From positions 26,474,001 to 26,538,000 of the forward strand of contig NC_042997.1 of assembly GCF_006345805.1 (NCBI RefSeq): DNA of 64,000 nucleotides, written 5' to 3'. A program made the translations under genes and the position numbers. The stretch's first letter is position 1. Each line of letters begins with the position of its first letter. This DNA is from Octopus sinensis. Lineage: Eukaryota. Positions 1-12,233 of this stretch are shown piece after piece. A model generated the notes under the pieces. That model was not told the origin of the DNA. It ran no database searches and saw only the letters and a program-made list of their open reading frames with translations.

Positions 1-108
1 AGACGAAAAGAGTGTGCCACGATCGTTTTCTTTTTTATTCGAGTTTTGCTAGCAGGCCCACAGAGGGAGCCCCTTCATGATCGCCGATTAAGAGAAAAGG
101 AAAGGAAG

Positions 109-139
<31 letters not shown>

Positions 140-463
140 TAGATAGATAGATAGATAGAGAGCAGGGGAGAAAGAAAGAGAAAAGAAGAGTACTTTATTG
201 GTTCTGGAGGAAAGAAACAGAAAGTCATACATGCATACACACATATAAATACTCACACACATACATACTTATGCACACACATATATATATATATATATGA
301 AAGTATGTATATATACATATATATATGTGCATAAGTATAAGTATATACATACACACATTCACATATATATGAACGTAGTATATATATATATATATGATAT
401 AATATAAAGATATATATATACAATATATATATATATATATTATATATTATCTATATATATATA

Positions 464-494
<31 letters not shown>

Positions 495-514
495 CATATG
501 TATATATATTATAA

Positions 515-647
515 TTGAAATTTACAGAACAAACAAAAGACGAAGACAGGTGTATAAAAAACAACAAGTGTATTAGTTTAACGCTCGGGAAGGTGAGAAA
601 ATCTTTCACGTTTCGAGCCTATACTCTTCAGCAGAAAGGAAAACGAG

Positions 648-655
<8 letters not shown>
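515..655 (-). mobile_element. Short (TA)n-flanked element (family D, Penelope pLTR-like) with minimal hammerhead-like motif at 603-638
   Basis: Minus strand reads CTTT-CTGCTGA-A-GAGT-ATAG-GCTC-GAAA-C-GTG-AAAG. The body matches other family D copies (ttcc[c/t]gagcg...aatac...cctgtcttcgtcttttg). (TA)n on both sides. Confidence 0.7.
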
Positions 656-680
<25 letters not shown>

Positions 681-724
681 CTACTTCTAGCATAATGGAT
701 GTTCACGTAGTGGTCATCCCTCTG

Positions 725-768
<44 letters not shown>

Positions 769-1470
769 GAAGAAACAACATTTGTTGCAAGGAAATATTG
801 TCCTGTATTCTCTTGGTCGTGCCAATACACCAGGCTCCTGTTGGTAATACTTGAAATGTCAAAATGACTTGAAATCAAATATAAGCCAAGTCAAACATTA
901 TTATAAGCAGCTGTCAAAAGATATTTCCTTGCTACAAAAGATTTGCTGAGAAAATGTTGCACTTAACTCTATTACAAATATTTACTTTTCAGCACTGTAT
1001 CATCCGTTACCGTACGCTTATAATGTCAACAAAAACAGCAACAACAATATGAGCCAAGAGGGAGCCACAGCATAGTCACAGGAAATGGCATCAAAAGTCC
1101 CTCAAATCCCACACTACACTATTAAAAATAGATTATACTGGCACAATGACTGAACATGACTAATGAAATCGATCCAAACATGGAACGTTCACACGGTCTT
1201 TTATGTGCTAGAAATAACAGCTCAATCTCTTTCAAGTTAAACTTCACTGCTCCTAAAATGGAAGGACGCATTGAAAATTCTAGCCGTGGTAAATTTCTGA
1301 AAATAACATCGGATGCTTATGACTGGAAAGTGCTTCTTCCTAGGGTCGCTTATTAGACGCGAACAAAAGTGAAGGGGAGTGTTTTTCTCAAGAACACGAT
1401 GCTCGCCAGTCTGGGAATCGAAATCACAATACGTACGCGCGCAAGCTCAGACGCGTATGTATATATATAT

Positions 1471-1750
1471 CACCATCACGTTGTTACACATCGCTGGTCA
1501 CAATGCGTTCGCATTGTTTTAGCCTTTGAATGACGCCACCCCGCTGGCTAAGCGAGCAGGCCAACAGAAGAAAGAGTGGGAAAAAGAGTGGTGAAAGAGT
1601 ACAGCAGGGATCACCACCCCCTGCCGGAGCGTCGTGGAGCTTTTTAGGTGTTTTCGCTCAATAAACACTCACAACGCCCGGTCTGGGAATCGAAACCGCG
1701 ATCCTACGATTGCGAGTCCGCTGCTCTAACCACTGGGCCATTGCGCCTCC
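1471..1750 (-). mobile_element. tRNA-headed SINE family A, alternative-tail variant 1
   Basis: Head GGAGGCGCAATGGCCCAGTGGTTAG...GGTTTCGATTCCC (Pol III A/B-box-like). Body matches other A copies up to the CTCTTTC tract, then an unrelated 3' tail follows. Confidence 0.85.
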
Positions 1751-2039
1751 ACATGTATATATATATATATGCGTGTAAACTCGTTGAAGATTCGATCACG
1801 AGATCTCCTAATGACAATGTAAATTTCATATGATCAAGGTATACTCGGCCTGAAGAGTAGTTTGCGGTCTACCCTTCGTTTGGATAATTTACTACTTCCG
1901 AGGTTTCGCTAGCTATGAAACACCAAACCCAGGAAAGCATTCCGTCCGAAGTATTAGAGATTCTGCCAGCTCGTCACATTATTCAATGCTTTAATAGTCT
2001 TTTCTACTCTAGGCACAAAGCCTGAAATTTTGGTGTACC

Positions 2040-2230
2040 GTTGGCGATTTTTTTTCCTGTCTTCCCTTCTCTGGATCTTTCCTTCTCCTATATTTCCGAT
2101 GAAGAGCTCCGCTCGAAACGTTAAAGCCTCCTTCTTTCCTTCTTTCCTGAGCGTCCAATAATACTATATTTGTTCCACGTCCTCGCGTTGTTGTGTTTTT
2201 TTGTGTTTTCTTGTTTGGATTAACTATATA
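2040..2230 (+). mobile_element. Family D element (subfamily 2) with minimal hammerhead-like motif at 2093-2126
   Basis: TTT-CCGATGA-A-GAGC-TCC-GCTC-GAAA-C-GTT-AAAG. Close match to 4655-4858 (minus). Ends in (TA)n. Confidence 0.7.
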
Positions 2231-2363
2231 TATGTACACACACACACATATATATATGCATGCACACATACACACACATATATTTATGCAAATGTATATA
2301 TAAGTGTGTGTCATGATTTCTGTGTTTACCCCCAATTACAACAACTCCAGTATCCAACAAGTA

Positions 2364-2920
2364 TTGGGTTGTCTGGAAAGTTCGTCCCGATTTATAGTAG
2401 CTTACTTTTCAACTTATTTTAGAACATTGTTGAGTCCATAAAATAGGATTTGACTACACCTCCATTTAGAGCACAGTTTAAGCTATCTATTCGTGAAAGA
2501 AGGTTTATATTCCTATAACCTGTGTTAATTCTGTAACCCTTTAAAATGGAAGATAAGAAAGTTCATTTTCGGCACTTGATACTTCGGGAACCAGACAAAA
2601 ATTGCTGCAGCTCAGCTGGATGTGTTACCCCACCCTCACTATTCACCAGATATTGCTCCTTCGGATTTCCACTTATTCAGGTCTCTGCAGAATAGTCTTA
2701 ATGGTGAAAATTTCAATCCCTTGGATGACGTATAAAGATAGCTTGATGAATTTGTTGCCATCTCAGTTCTGGGAAGAGGGTATTTTCAAGCTAAAGGAAA
2801 GATGGAGACGCATTGTGCAACAAAATGTTTCATAGTTGGTTGATTAAAAAGGTAATGGCAAGTATTTATTGACCTTTTTGTTTCCTTTAAAAATCGGCAC
2901 GAACTTTCCGGACAACCCAA
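2364..2920 (+). mobile_element. Internally deleted mariner (DD34D) transposon
   Basis: About 28-bp TIRs TTGGGTTGTC[C/T]GGAAAGTTCGT, with TA at 2362-2363 and 2921-2922. Frameshifted transposase C-terminus WDVLPHPPYSPDIAPSDFHLFRSLQNSL...KLKERWRRIVQQN. Confidence 0.92.
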
Positions 2921-2922
2921 TA

Positions 2923-3055
2923 CTTATTTTATGGAACGCGAAGGAAGAAAGGCAAAGTCGACCTCGGTGGAATTTGAGCTGAGATCATAAAGACGAACGA
3001 AATGCTGCTATAAGCTTTGCTCTGTGTGCAAACAGTTATGCCACTTGCCATCTTT
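2923..3055 (-). mobile_element. SINE family C fragment, interrupted by the mariner
   Basis: GAAAGGCAAAGTCGACCTCGGTGGAATTTGA core shared with other C copies. Confidence 0.7.
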
Positions 3056-3538
3056 TTCAATGCGTTAATGCCGCCTATTCAGCGCCATAGCAGTATAACT
3101 TAATATAAACGTATATTAATATATTCTTTTTGGTTTTAACATTTCTGTATTTCAAACGGCAAATGTTTTGTATGAATCAATAAATGTTACTTTTTAGGCA
3201 ATTGTTTCTGCTTTGTTAGCAGAAGAAATAAAGCGTTCGTTTGTTTTTATGATTGTCTTGTGCAGAAAAAAATAATATCAGTTATTTTATCTAAACAAGC
3301 AACCTCAACTATCAGTTGTATTAAGAAGAAATATACCAGATATTTACTCTTACTTATGTGAATATATATGTGTATATCCATAAGTGGGTATGAGTGTGCT
3401 TGTGTGTGTGTGTGTGTGTGTTGTTGTGTGTGTGGTGTGCGTGTGTGTGGTGTGTGTGTGTGTGTGAGTGCCTGTGCACGCAACATTATTTATCTCTAGC
3501 ATTTGGTTAAGGAAGTACAATCAGTTGCATTGTGCTTC

Positions 3539-3588
<50 letters not shown>

Positions 3589-4019
3589 TTGTGTGTATAT
3601 GTGTGTGTGTTTGCGCGTGTGTGTATGTATATATATGTATGTATTCATATGTGTATGTATATATATATATTTATATAGATATATAGATATATATATATAT
3701 ATGTATATGTTTTTGTGTGTGTATATGTGTTTGTGCATCATACATATATGCATACACAAATAAATACACATACATAGGAACGTACACGTAAACACACATC
3801 TACACATACACGCACACACACATACACACAAGAGTATATACACATGTACGCACACATACACATCGCTGATGACTACGTTTCTGAAAAAGAAATCTGCAGA
3901 AATAAAACGTCAAGTGCAAATCCATATTAATGAAACTCTTCCAATTCCAAGCACAATAGATCACTGAAAAAATACTGCTATATTGAAAAACTTGAACACT
4001 TATAAGTTATTTAGTTTAC

Positions 4020-4272
4020 ACGTATGCGTTTGTGTATCGGTATATTTTGCATGTTAAAGTTTACGTGTTTGATTCGTTAGCTACTGCACGCATTTTTTTT
4101 CTCTCCTTCTTTCTGTGTTTTTTCTCTCTCTGTGTATCTTTCTGTTGAAGAGCGTAGGCTCGAAACGTTAAAGACTTGTTTTATTTATATTTCCTGAGCG
4201 CCATACTAATACAATTGTTCGTTTGTTTTCCACCTGCCTTCGTCTTTTGTTTATTTTCATAAAGCTTCCCGT
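4020..4272 (+). mobile_element. Family D element with minimal hammerhead-like motif at 4137-4174
   Basis: TCTTT-CTGTTGA-A-GAGC-GTAG-GCTC-GAAA-C-GTT-AAAGA (5-bp stem I, 4-bp stem II). 3' end runs into (TA)n. Confidence 0.75.
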
Positions 4273-4376
4273 TATATATATATATATATAGTAAAGTAAA
4301 TAAGATGGCTAGCAGCAGGCTGTTTCGCCTCATACCGAAGGAATTAGAAATGGCAGTCAAAGACCGTTATTTCCAT

Positions 4377-4418
<42 letters not shown>

Positions 4419-4444
4419 TATATATGTATGTGTGTGTGTACGTA

Positions 4445-4539
<95 letters not shown>

Positions 4540-4613
4540 TATATATACGTATGTATATATAAGTATATATATATATGTGTGTGTGTATATTTATGTATAT
4601 GTATATATATGTA

Positions 4614-4654
<41 letters not shown>

Positions 4655-4659
<5 letters not shown>

Positions 4660-4858
4660 ATCCAAATATGAAAACACAAAGAGAAAACACAGCAACGCGA
4701 GAACGTGGAACAAGTATAGTGTTATTGGACGCTCAGGAAAGGAAAGAAAGAAGGAGGATTTAACGTTTCGAATGGAGCTCTTCGTCAGAAAAATAGGAAA
4801 AGGAAAGATCCAAGGAAGGGAAGACGGAGGGAAAAAAAATCGCCAACGATACACAACA
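4655..4858 (-). mobile_element. Family D element (subfamily 2) with hammerhead motif at 4759-4791
   Basis: Minus strand TTT-CTGACGA-A-GAGC-TCC-ATTC-GAAA-C-GTT-AAA, with a canonical CUGANGA core. Adjoins a long (TA)n tract. Confidence 0.75.
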
Positions 4859-4868
4859 CATATATTAT

Positions 4869-5234
4869 AGGCGTTGCAGTAGCCGTGTGATAAGTAGCTT
4901 GCTTACTAACCACATGGTTCCCGGTTCAGTCCCACTGCGTGACACCTTGGGCAAGTGTCTTCTACTATAGCCTCGGGCCGACCAAAGCCTTGTGTGTGGA
5001 TTTGGTAGACGGAAACTGAAAGAAGCCCGTCGTATATATGTATATAGGTATGTATGTGTGTGTATATGCTTGTGTGTCTGTGTTTGCTCCCTCCCCCAAA
5101 CATCGCTTGACAACCGATGCTGGTGTGTTTACGTCCCCGTAATTTTACGGCTCGTCAAAAGAGACCGATAGAATAAGTACTAGGCTTACAAAGAATAAGT
5201 CATATGACAGAAACAAGTAAAAGAGTAATAAGAG
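4869..5234 (+). mobile_element. SINE family B (tRNA-like head, CORE-like CCTTGGGCAAGT segment, internal microsatellite)
   Basis: Matches the B consensus GTGGCTGTGTGGTAAG...GGTTCAGTCCCACTGCGTGGCA[C/T]CTTGGGCAAGTGTCTTC...GAAACAAGTAAAAGAG. Internally deleted near the 3' end. Confidence 0.85.
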
Positions 5235-5266
<32 letters not shown>

Positions 5267-5796
5267 TACACACACACACATATATATATGTATGTGTATG
5301 TGAGGTCATTTGTAAGTGTGTGCGTGTGTATTTGCGCTTTTATGCATGTATGCAAATAACATATAATATATGCGTTTATTTGGCATAGCAAGAGTAAATC
5401 AGAGAAACTGATATATATTTAACTATTACAAAGCCGGTCTGAGGCTGAAGTAGAAGTAAATACATTCTTTCTTTTACTACTTTTGTGCAGGAAAATAGGA
5501 GAGTAAGTGTTCTGACGGGAAGTCCTGCTGTAATGCAGTTATAAGTTAGGAAATCTCAGTACTGGATAGTTCAATTAGATTATTTATAATATTTAAATTC
5601 ATTTCAGCTATCCTGATTTACACTCTGGTATGCAGAAAATAGATATGCAATTAATAGCGAGGCTTCAAACGACACATATGTGAATGAAGCTAAGTATACT
5701 GCTGATTAGAAAAGAATTTCAGGTAAGCCTTCTCTGAAGATTCAAATATTAATATTTTTAAGTCTCTCTTAAGTAGACTACGGCAGCGGTACTGGA

Positions 5797-6157
5797 TATT
5801 AATAGTTATCGCCAAGCTAATATGGCAGTTCAGAAATATAGAACGAATGTTGCCGTTGATTTGCTCCAAGAGGCCATCGCCTCTAGCTAGCTATGTGACA
5901 CACAAACCTGTGTCCATTATAACCTTCGAACAGGGAAGCTCAAAGCATTTGCCCTTCGGGCAAATACCCTGAAACTAGTCTGCAGATGCCTGACTAGCAA
6001 TGGGAAGCGGCTAACCTCTCCTGTTCGAAGGTTATAATAGGCACAGGTTCGTGTGTCACAAAGCTAGCTAGAGACAATGGCCTCTTGGAGCTAATCAACG
6101 GCAGCATTTGTCCTATATTTCTGGACTGCCATAGTAGCTTGGCGATAACTATTAATA
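5797..6157. mobile_element. Foldback/MITE-like element, ~138-bp imperfect inverted arms
   Basis: Arms 5797-5934 and 6020-6157 (TATTAATAGTTATCGCCAAGCTA...TAGCTTGGCGATAACTATTAATA). Homologous to 58279-58541. Confidence 0.85.
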
Positions 6158-6302
6158 CTTCTCTGAAGAGTGATCAATAAAACATGAGCAGTTCACCGGA
6201 AGACGTAGCCGTTTTTGTACTTATTAATAGGAGAGAAACAATACATTTAAATTCCTAATTCAATTATATTAAACATTCTAATATACATCTATATATATAC
6301 AT

Positions 6303-7625
6303 ACACAGGATACGTCTGTGTTTTGAGGACACTTCTTTCAAAAGCTCTAGGTTTCTTCTAACTTTCTGTTTGCTTTATTTTTCAGAGAAACAATACCAGA
6401 CATCAATCAGGTTGACTCAGAAAATCGAAAGGCATGTTCTAATCGCTGCCTTAAAAATACTGAATTGTGATAGAGAAAGGGCTCGGTTCCTGAATGTTGC
6501 CTGATCCTTCGTTGTCAAAGTTCTAAAGGCGCTGGAAGCTGCTGAATAGCAGCTGAACGCAAAACGCATGCACAAGATCCTAATACCCTCAGAACATATT
6601 ACTTTTTACAAAAGGTCGAAGAAATGATAGATGAAAACACCAGAAAGTCAATCAGAACATTTGCGGAGGGCTCATTTTATGTCGAACTAGCAGTATCGCC
6701 CGGCGTTGCTCGGGTTTGTAAGGGAAATAACTATAAAGCATTTTTAGAGAGTTATAGCCAAAAAATGGAAAAAAAATGATGGTAAATTTTTTTTTAGTTA
6801 AAATGGTCGAGTTGCGTCCCCTAGACAGTCTGTGGTTTGTGTTTCTGATTGTCGACCCCATGTCGAATTTATCGATTATTTTCAGAACTGGGGGAACTTT
6901 TCAAAATTTTCGCTGCGTTAGTTTTGAATTATGACATTGGGCTATGTGTGTGTCAAGTTTCATCAGAATCGGTTGAAAGCTGTGGTCAGGGTGAGGGTAC
7001 AAGCAAACAGACACACAGAAACACGCACAGACAAACTGCCGTTTATATATAGAGAGATTTAACAAGAGCGAATCCTTCGATCCGGGCAAAGCACTTGCTA
7101 AACAGGCTAAAACATCCAGAGACCGGAAAGCTTTGGTTTTCTTCTGATGATAAAAACTTACATCTGGACCAAAACGTAAACCGAAGGAACGACAGATGGT
7201 TATACTGAGACCCGAACGAGGTTCCAACAGTCATGAATACTAAGTTCCCAGCGACTGTAATGGCTCTAGGCGTCATTAGCAACGAGAGAGATGTCATTCA
7301 TCCTCACTTATTTTCAAAAGTTTAAGAGTCAATGCCACTGTCTACACAGAGAAGTTGGAGAAAGTTGTGAGGCCCTGGATAGACACAGTGCACACCGGAA
7401 CACCGTACGTCTTCCAATATGAGTCTGTACCATCTCATCAGGTTACGACAATCCCAGCGTAGATTCTTGTCTATCTCTAAGGTCATCTTCTCCCAGACAC
7501 ACATAGCCTCCTAGCTCACCAAGCCGCAATCCACTGGACTATTATGAAAGGGACGTAGTCTTGGGAGAAGTCAATCAGCTCACTCATAACAGCATTCAAT
7601 CTCTTAACTCCGCCATAATCAGTAT
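6303..7625 (+). mobile_element. Decayed Tc1/mariner-superfamily transposase (maT/DD37D-like), split by a Helitron-type insertion
   Basis: Fragments KVEEMIDENTRKSIRTFA, RAKHLLNRLKHPETGKLWFSSDDKN, TKFPATVMALGVISNE, PYVFQ and PPSSPSRNPLDY, with stops and frameshifts. Confidence 0.8.
6687..7057 (-). mobile_element. Non-autonomous Helitron-type element
   Basis: Minus strand starts with TC and ends with hairpin (CCCG...CGGG, 6699-6714) plus CTAG. It is inserted between A and T, and removing it rejoins the host transposase (HFMSN|LTRA). Confidence 0.8.
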
Positions 7626-7644
7626 TGTAATAAAAGTGATACAA

Positions 7645-7835
7645 TAATGGTTTCGAATTTTGGCACAAGGCCAGCTATTTCGAGGATGGGGACAAATCAA
7701 TTTCATCAACCTCAACACTTAACTGGTACTTATTTTTCCGACCTCAAGAAGATGAAAAGCAAAGTCGACCTCGGCGGTATTTGAACTCAGAACATAAATA
7801 CGATTTTGCCCGATGAGCAAAAAATTCTGTTAGCT
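7645..7835 (-). mobile_element. SINE family C, diverged
   Basis: AACTGGTACTTA...GATGAAAAGCAAAGTCGACCTCGGCGG..TTTGAACTCAGAAC. Confidence 0.75.
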
Positions 7836-7959
7836 AGCTGCTTCAATAATAATAAGAAACAAAAAATAATAATGATAATTATTTCAGTTATTTGCCACAA
7901 GGGCGAAGGATGAGGGGAACAATCCAAAGACAGACATAAAGTGTGTGTGTGTGTGTGGG

Positions 7960-8470
7960 GGGGGGTTACGTATGAAATGATAAAAATAAAAATGAAAGAA
8001 AGTATTCACGGTACGCACTGAAAAAGAAGGAACATATGAATAGCATGCAAAGGTTTAAAAAAGTGGAAGGGAAGATGGTAGAGTTGTGGTCTTCTTGATA
8101 CGGTAAGGCCTCGACGGATAATCGAGAAAACCCACCGTCCGAGATTTCACAGAAAACCCAGGAGCAAGTGTCCTTTCGAATTCCTTCTCTACGATTCACA
8201 GGTCTAGACTTAGAGAGGTAACATTCACTCTTGCCATTTTCACAACTTTCACCCACCTTTCGATAAACTCACCCAAGGACAGCACTTCCCTCTCTACTCT
8301 CAATTGCCTTTTCAAGTTAATGAGAGCCCTATCAAAGAGGAATGTATCTGTCCTCAGGCCTTTCAGCCTTGTCCACCAACAACCTCTTTCGCCTCAACCA
8401 TCAGGCAAAGAAAAACTGCTGAGGATGGCGGTGCAATCATCACTACAAACTCAGATGACAGCCGGATCCG
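7960..8470 (-). mobile_element. Tx1/L1-clade LINE 3' end (ORF2 C-terminus + 3' UTR)
   Basis: Frameshifted minus-strand translation RIRLSSEFVVMIAPP..AVFLCLMVEAKEVV/WWTRLKGL..LKRQLRVEREVLSLGEFIERWVKV resembles the Tx1 ORF2 C-terminus (recognised from memory). Confidence 0.65.
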
Positions 8471-8472
8471 TC

Positions 8473-8794
8473 TGGGGTTTGAATAATTCACCTTTGGGAA
8501 CATGGGTATTTCGTTCAAGGATTCAGGGACATTTTGAGCAGAATGGGATACATGACCAGAATAAAATTGAGATGATAACACTTCCAGTCAGTTAAGATGA
8601 GAAGAATGGGATACATGACCAGAAGAAAATTCTAACTGGATCCAACCCGCAAGATCATGTGTTGTTTATCTTAATATGAGGCTATTATGTCGCGCACATA
8701 TGGCTGTGATGCATGTGCTTGGTGTGCCCTTATCAAAGAGATAGTCATGATGGGTACATTGGGTTTCGTATATTTGTACCCCAGTGTGACTGTG
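8473..8794 (+). mobile_element. Family E repeat, 5'-truncated, followed by (CAA/TAA)n
   Basis: GGGGTTTGAATAATTCACCTTTGG...GAAAATTCTAACTGG...CCCTTATCA...CCCCAGTG, shared with 9107-9635, 9784-10700 and 43768-44323. Confidence 0.8.
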
Positions 8795-9106
<312 letters not shown>

Positions 9107-9635
9107 ATACTCTGATGCAGTATTAGTCAGTGGCTGTCATAGCTTCTCATCTTAACTGACTGGAAGTGTTATCATCTACATTGTTTTTTCTTTGTAAAAA
9201 GGTGGGCCATAGCACATATTCTGTTCAATACCACGGATTTGATTGTCAGTTGAACATGTCCCTTAGTAACTGACGATATATGCATCTCTGCTCAAGATCA
9301 GAGGTAGTGGAAAAGCATCGTAGCCATGTGTAGAAAAGAATTCTTTGGGGTTTGGATAATTCACCTTTGGAAAGATGGGTGTTTCGTTCAACTTCCTTAA
9401 ACTACCCTTATTCAGGAACCTTTTGAATGGGATGGGTTACTCGACCTGAAGAAAATTCTAACTGGGCCCCATCTGCAAGTTTATGTACTGTTTATAAGGA
9501 TATGAGATCACCATGCCAAGCACATGTGGTTGCGATGCATGTGCCTGGTGTACCCTTATCAGACGTGATGAATATATTGTGCTTCGTATATTTTACCCCA
9601 GTGCAACTTTGATGGCAAGCACTACTCTCTCACTC
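9107..9635 (+). mobile_element. Family E repeat, near full length, between (TAA)n tracts
   Basis: CTCTGATGCAGTA...CAGTGGCT...CTCTCACTC. Non-coding, four copies in the window. Confidence 0.85.
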
Positions 9636-9699
9636 AATAATAATAATGATGATGATAATAATAATAATAATGATGATGATGATGATGATGATAATAATG

Positions 9700-9763
<64 letters not shown>

Positions 9764-9783
9764 TAATAATAATGATGATGATG

Positions 9784-10700
9784 ATTGGAAGTGTTATGTT
9801 ATCATCGGCGCAGGAGTGGCTGTGTGGTAAGTAGCTTGCTAACCAACCACATGGTTCCAGGTTCAGTCCCACAGCGTGGCATTTTGGGCAAGTGTCTTCT
9901 GCTATAGCCCCGGGCCGACCAATGCCTTGTGAGTGGATTTGGTAGACGGAAACTGAAAGAAGCCTGTCGTATATATGTATATGTATATATATCTATGTGT
10001 GTGTTTGTGTGTCTGTGTTTGTCCCCCTAGCATTGCTTGACAACCGATGCTGGTGTGTTTACGTCCCCGTCACTTAGCGGTTCGGCAAAAGAGACTGATA
10101 GAATAAGTACTGGGCTTACAAAGAATAAGTCATGGGATCGATTTGCTCGACTGAAGGCGGTGCTCCAGCATTACCGCAGTCAAATGACTGAAACAAGTAA
10201 AAGAGTAAAGAGTAAAGAGTAATGTACATTGTTTTGTCTTGGTATAAAAGATGGGCTACAGTAAATATTCTGCTCAATACCACAGATTTGCTTGTCAGTT
10301 GTTTGACCTTAACCAGTTGACCATGTCCCTTAGTGGCTGATGATATGTGCATCTCTGATCACGAGCAGAAGTAGTGGGGGAGCATCATAGCCATGTGTTG
10401 AGAGGGATTCTTTGGGGTTTGAATAATTCACCTATGGAAACATAGGTGTTTCATTCAACATCCTTATTCAGGGACCTTTTGAGCGTGATGGGTTACTCGA
10501 TCAGAAGAAAATTCTAACTGGGCCCCACCTGCAAGGTCATGTGCCGTTTATCTTGATATGAGATCACCATGTCGTGCAAATATGGTTGTGATGCATGTGC
10601 CTAGTGTACCCTTATCAGACGGGTAGTCATGATGGCCACACTGGGCTTCGTATATGTTACCCCAGTGTCACTTTGATAGCATGCTCTGCTCTCTCACTCG
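9784..10700 (+). mobile_element. Family E repeat carrying a nested family B SINE (9807-10221)
   Basis: E sequence GGAAGTGTT...ATCAT resumes as ATGTACATTG after the SINE. Confidence 0.85.
9807..10221 (+). mobile_element. SINE family B, full length
   Basis: GGCGCAGGAGTGGCTGTGTGGTAAG...GAAACAAGTAAAAGAGTAAAGAG. Confidence 0.9.
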
Positions 10701-10790
<90 letters not shown>

Positions 10791-10803
10791 TAATAATAAT
10801 AAT

Positions 10804-12185
10804 ACATTCCTTAGTAGTTCCAGTTGTTACTTATAGCTACAATGTGTTGAACTGGGATATGAGTGAAGTAAAGAATATAGACAGGAAAATACGCAAGCTG
10901 CTGAGTTGTAATAGGATGCACCACCCAAAGGCAGACGTAGATCGCCTTTACCTCCCCAGAGCCCAAGGAGATCGAGGCCTGATCCAATTTGAACTAGCTT
11001 ACAAAACAACCACAATTGGACTGGCCAAATATCTTGAAATAACGAATGACTGGATGCTAAAGCTCGTGGAAAATCACGAGAGACGAAAGAAGCTTCATTC
11101 TATCATAAAGGAAAGCCAAAAATTTGCTATTGATCTCGTGCAGGATACCTAAACTGAACAACCCGAGGGAAGTACGGCAACTATTGTTGCAAAGAAGGTA
11201 AAAATAATGGCAACGAAAAAAGCGCACGAGCAATTGGCTGATAGGTGGGAGGAGAAACCTCTGCACGGCAAATATGTGGCCCGCAGCAAACAAGCTGATG
11301 TTGACCAGAGCAAACCCATCAGTGACTACGGAGCTCAGGGCTAAAAGCAGAGAGCGAAGGTTTCATCCTGGCTGCTCAAGATCAAAACCTATTAACCCGG
11401 AACTACCAGGCCAATGTGATGAAAAATGGAGCAGACCCAAAATGCCGATTCTGCAACGACATGATTGAAACAGTGAACCACCTAATCTCTGGATGTAAAG
11501 TCTTAGCACCAGTGGAGTATAAATTAAGACATGACAGAGTTGGCCAATATCTACACTGGCTAATAAGTCGGCATTACAATATCAAAACTGCCGACAAGTG
11601 GTATAATCACCACCCTGAAGCTGTAACTGAAGGAGAAAATGTAACGATTCTGTGGGACTTTCCAGTACATACAGACCGAACCATCAAAGCCAATAAACCG
11701 GATATTGCTGTGAAAGACCAAAACAATAAAGTTTGCTTATTGATCGATATGAGCATCCCCTGTGATCATAATATCTCGGCGAAAGAATTTGACAAGCTCA
11801 GAAAATATAAAGACCTGCTCATTGAAATTGAGAAAATGTGGCATCTCAAGGCGGTTACAATACCAGTGATCGTAGGAGCACTAGGAATGATCAAGAAGGG
11901 AACCGAAAATTATATGAGAATGATCCCTGGCTTACCATCTCTGCAAGAAGTGCAAAAGATTGTCTCAACTGGTACATCACACGTATTGAGAAGAGCATTG
12001 TCGATGTGAGAACTATTACTACCCATGTATTTTAATTTAACTTTATTTCTATAAAAAAAAAAAAATTGAACGAACTAGTGAGTTTAGTTTAATGGCCTAC
12101 CAATGTATACTATGAGTTTCTTTGCCCTAGGAGTCGGGAAGACACTCGGCAAGAAATGGAAGCAAATTTGAAAGAAAAAGAAAAA
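10804..12185 (+). mobile_element. 5'-truncated R4/Dong-clade non-LTR retrotransposon (RT thumb, CCHC finger, restriction-like endonuclease), between (TAA)n tracts
   Basis: PKADVDRLYLPRAQGDRGL, EEKPLHGKY, EGFILAAQDQ, CRFC..ETVNHLISGC, RHDRV, ILWDFPVHTDRTIKANKPDI, IDMSIP, EFDKLRKYKDL, IPVIVGALG. One stop and frameshifts. (TAA)n at 10701-10803 and 12186-12265. Confidence 0.93.
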
Positions 12186-12187
12186 TG

Positions 12188-12233
<46 letters not shown>

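Noticed and set aside
3866-3890. CTGATGA...GAAA spacing
   Set aside because: No stem II, III or I pairing. Chance match.
3247-4690. Numerous supplied ORFs rich in YI, CV, TH or poly-I/N/L (here and at 9.5-9.9, 18.2-18.8, 26.0-26.8, 31.2-31.7 and 53.4-54.7 kb)
   Set aside because: They are translations of microsatellites, which lack stop codons in some frames. No coding evidence.
5932-5990. Hammerhead-like AGGG..CCCT-GAAAC-TA-GTC inside the foldback loop
   Set aside because: No CUGANGA upstream (reads TTCGAAC) and no stem I.
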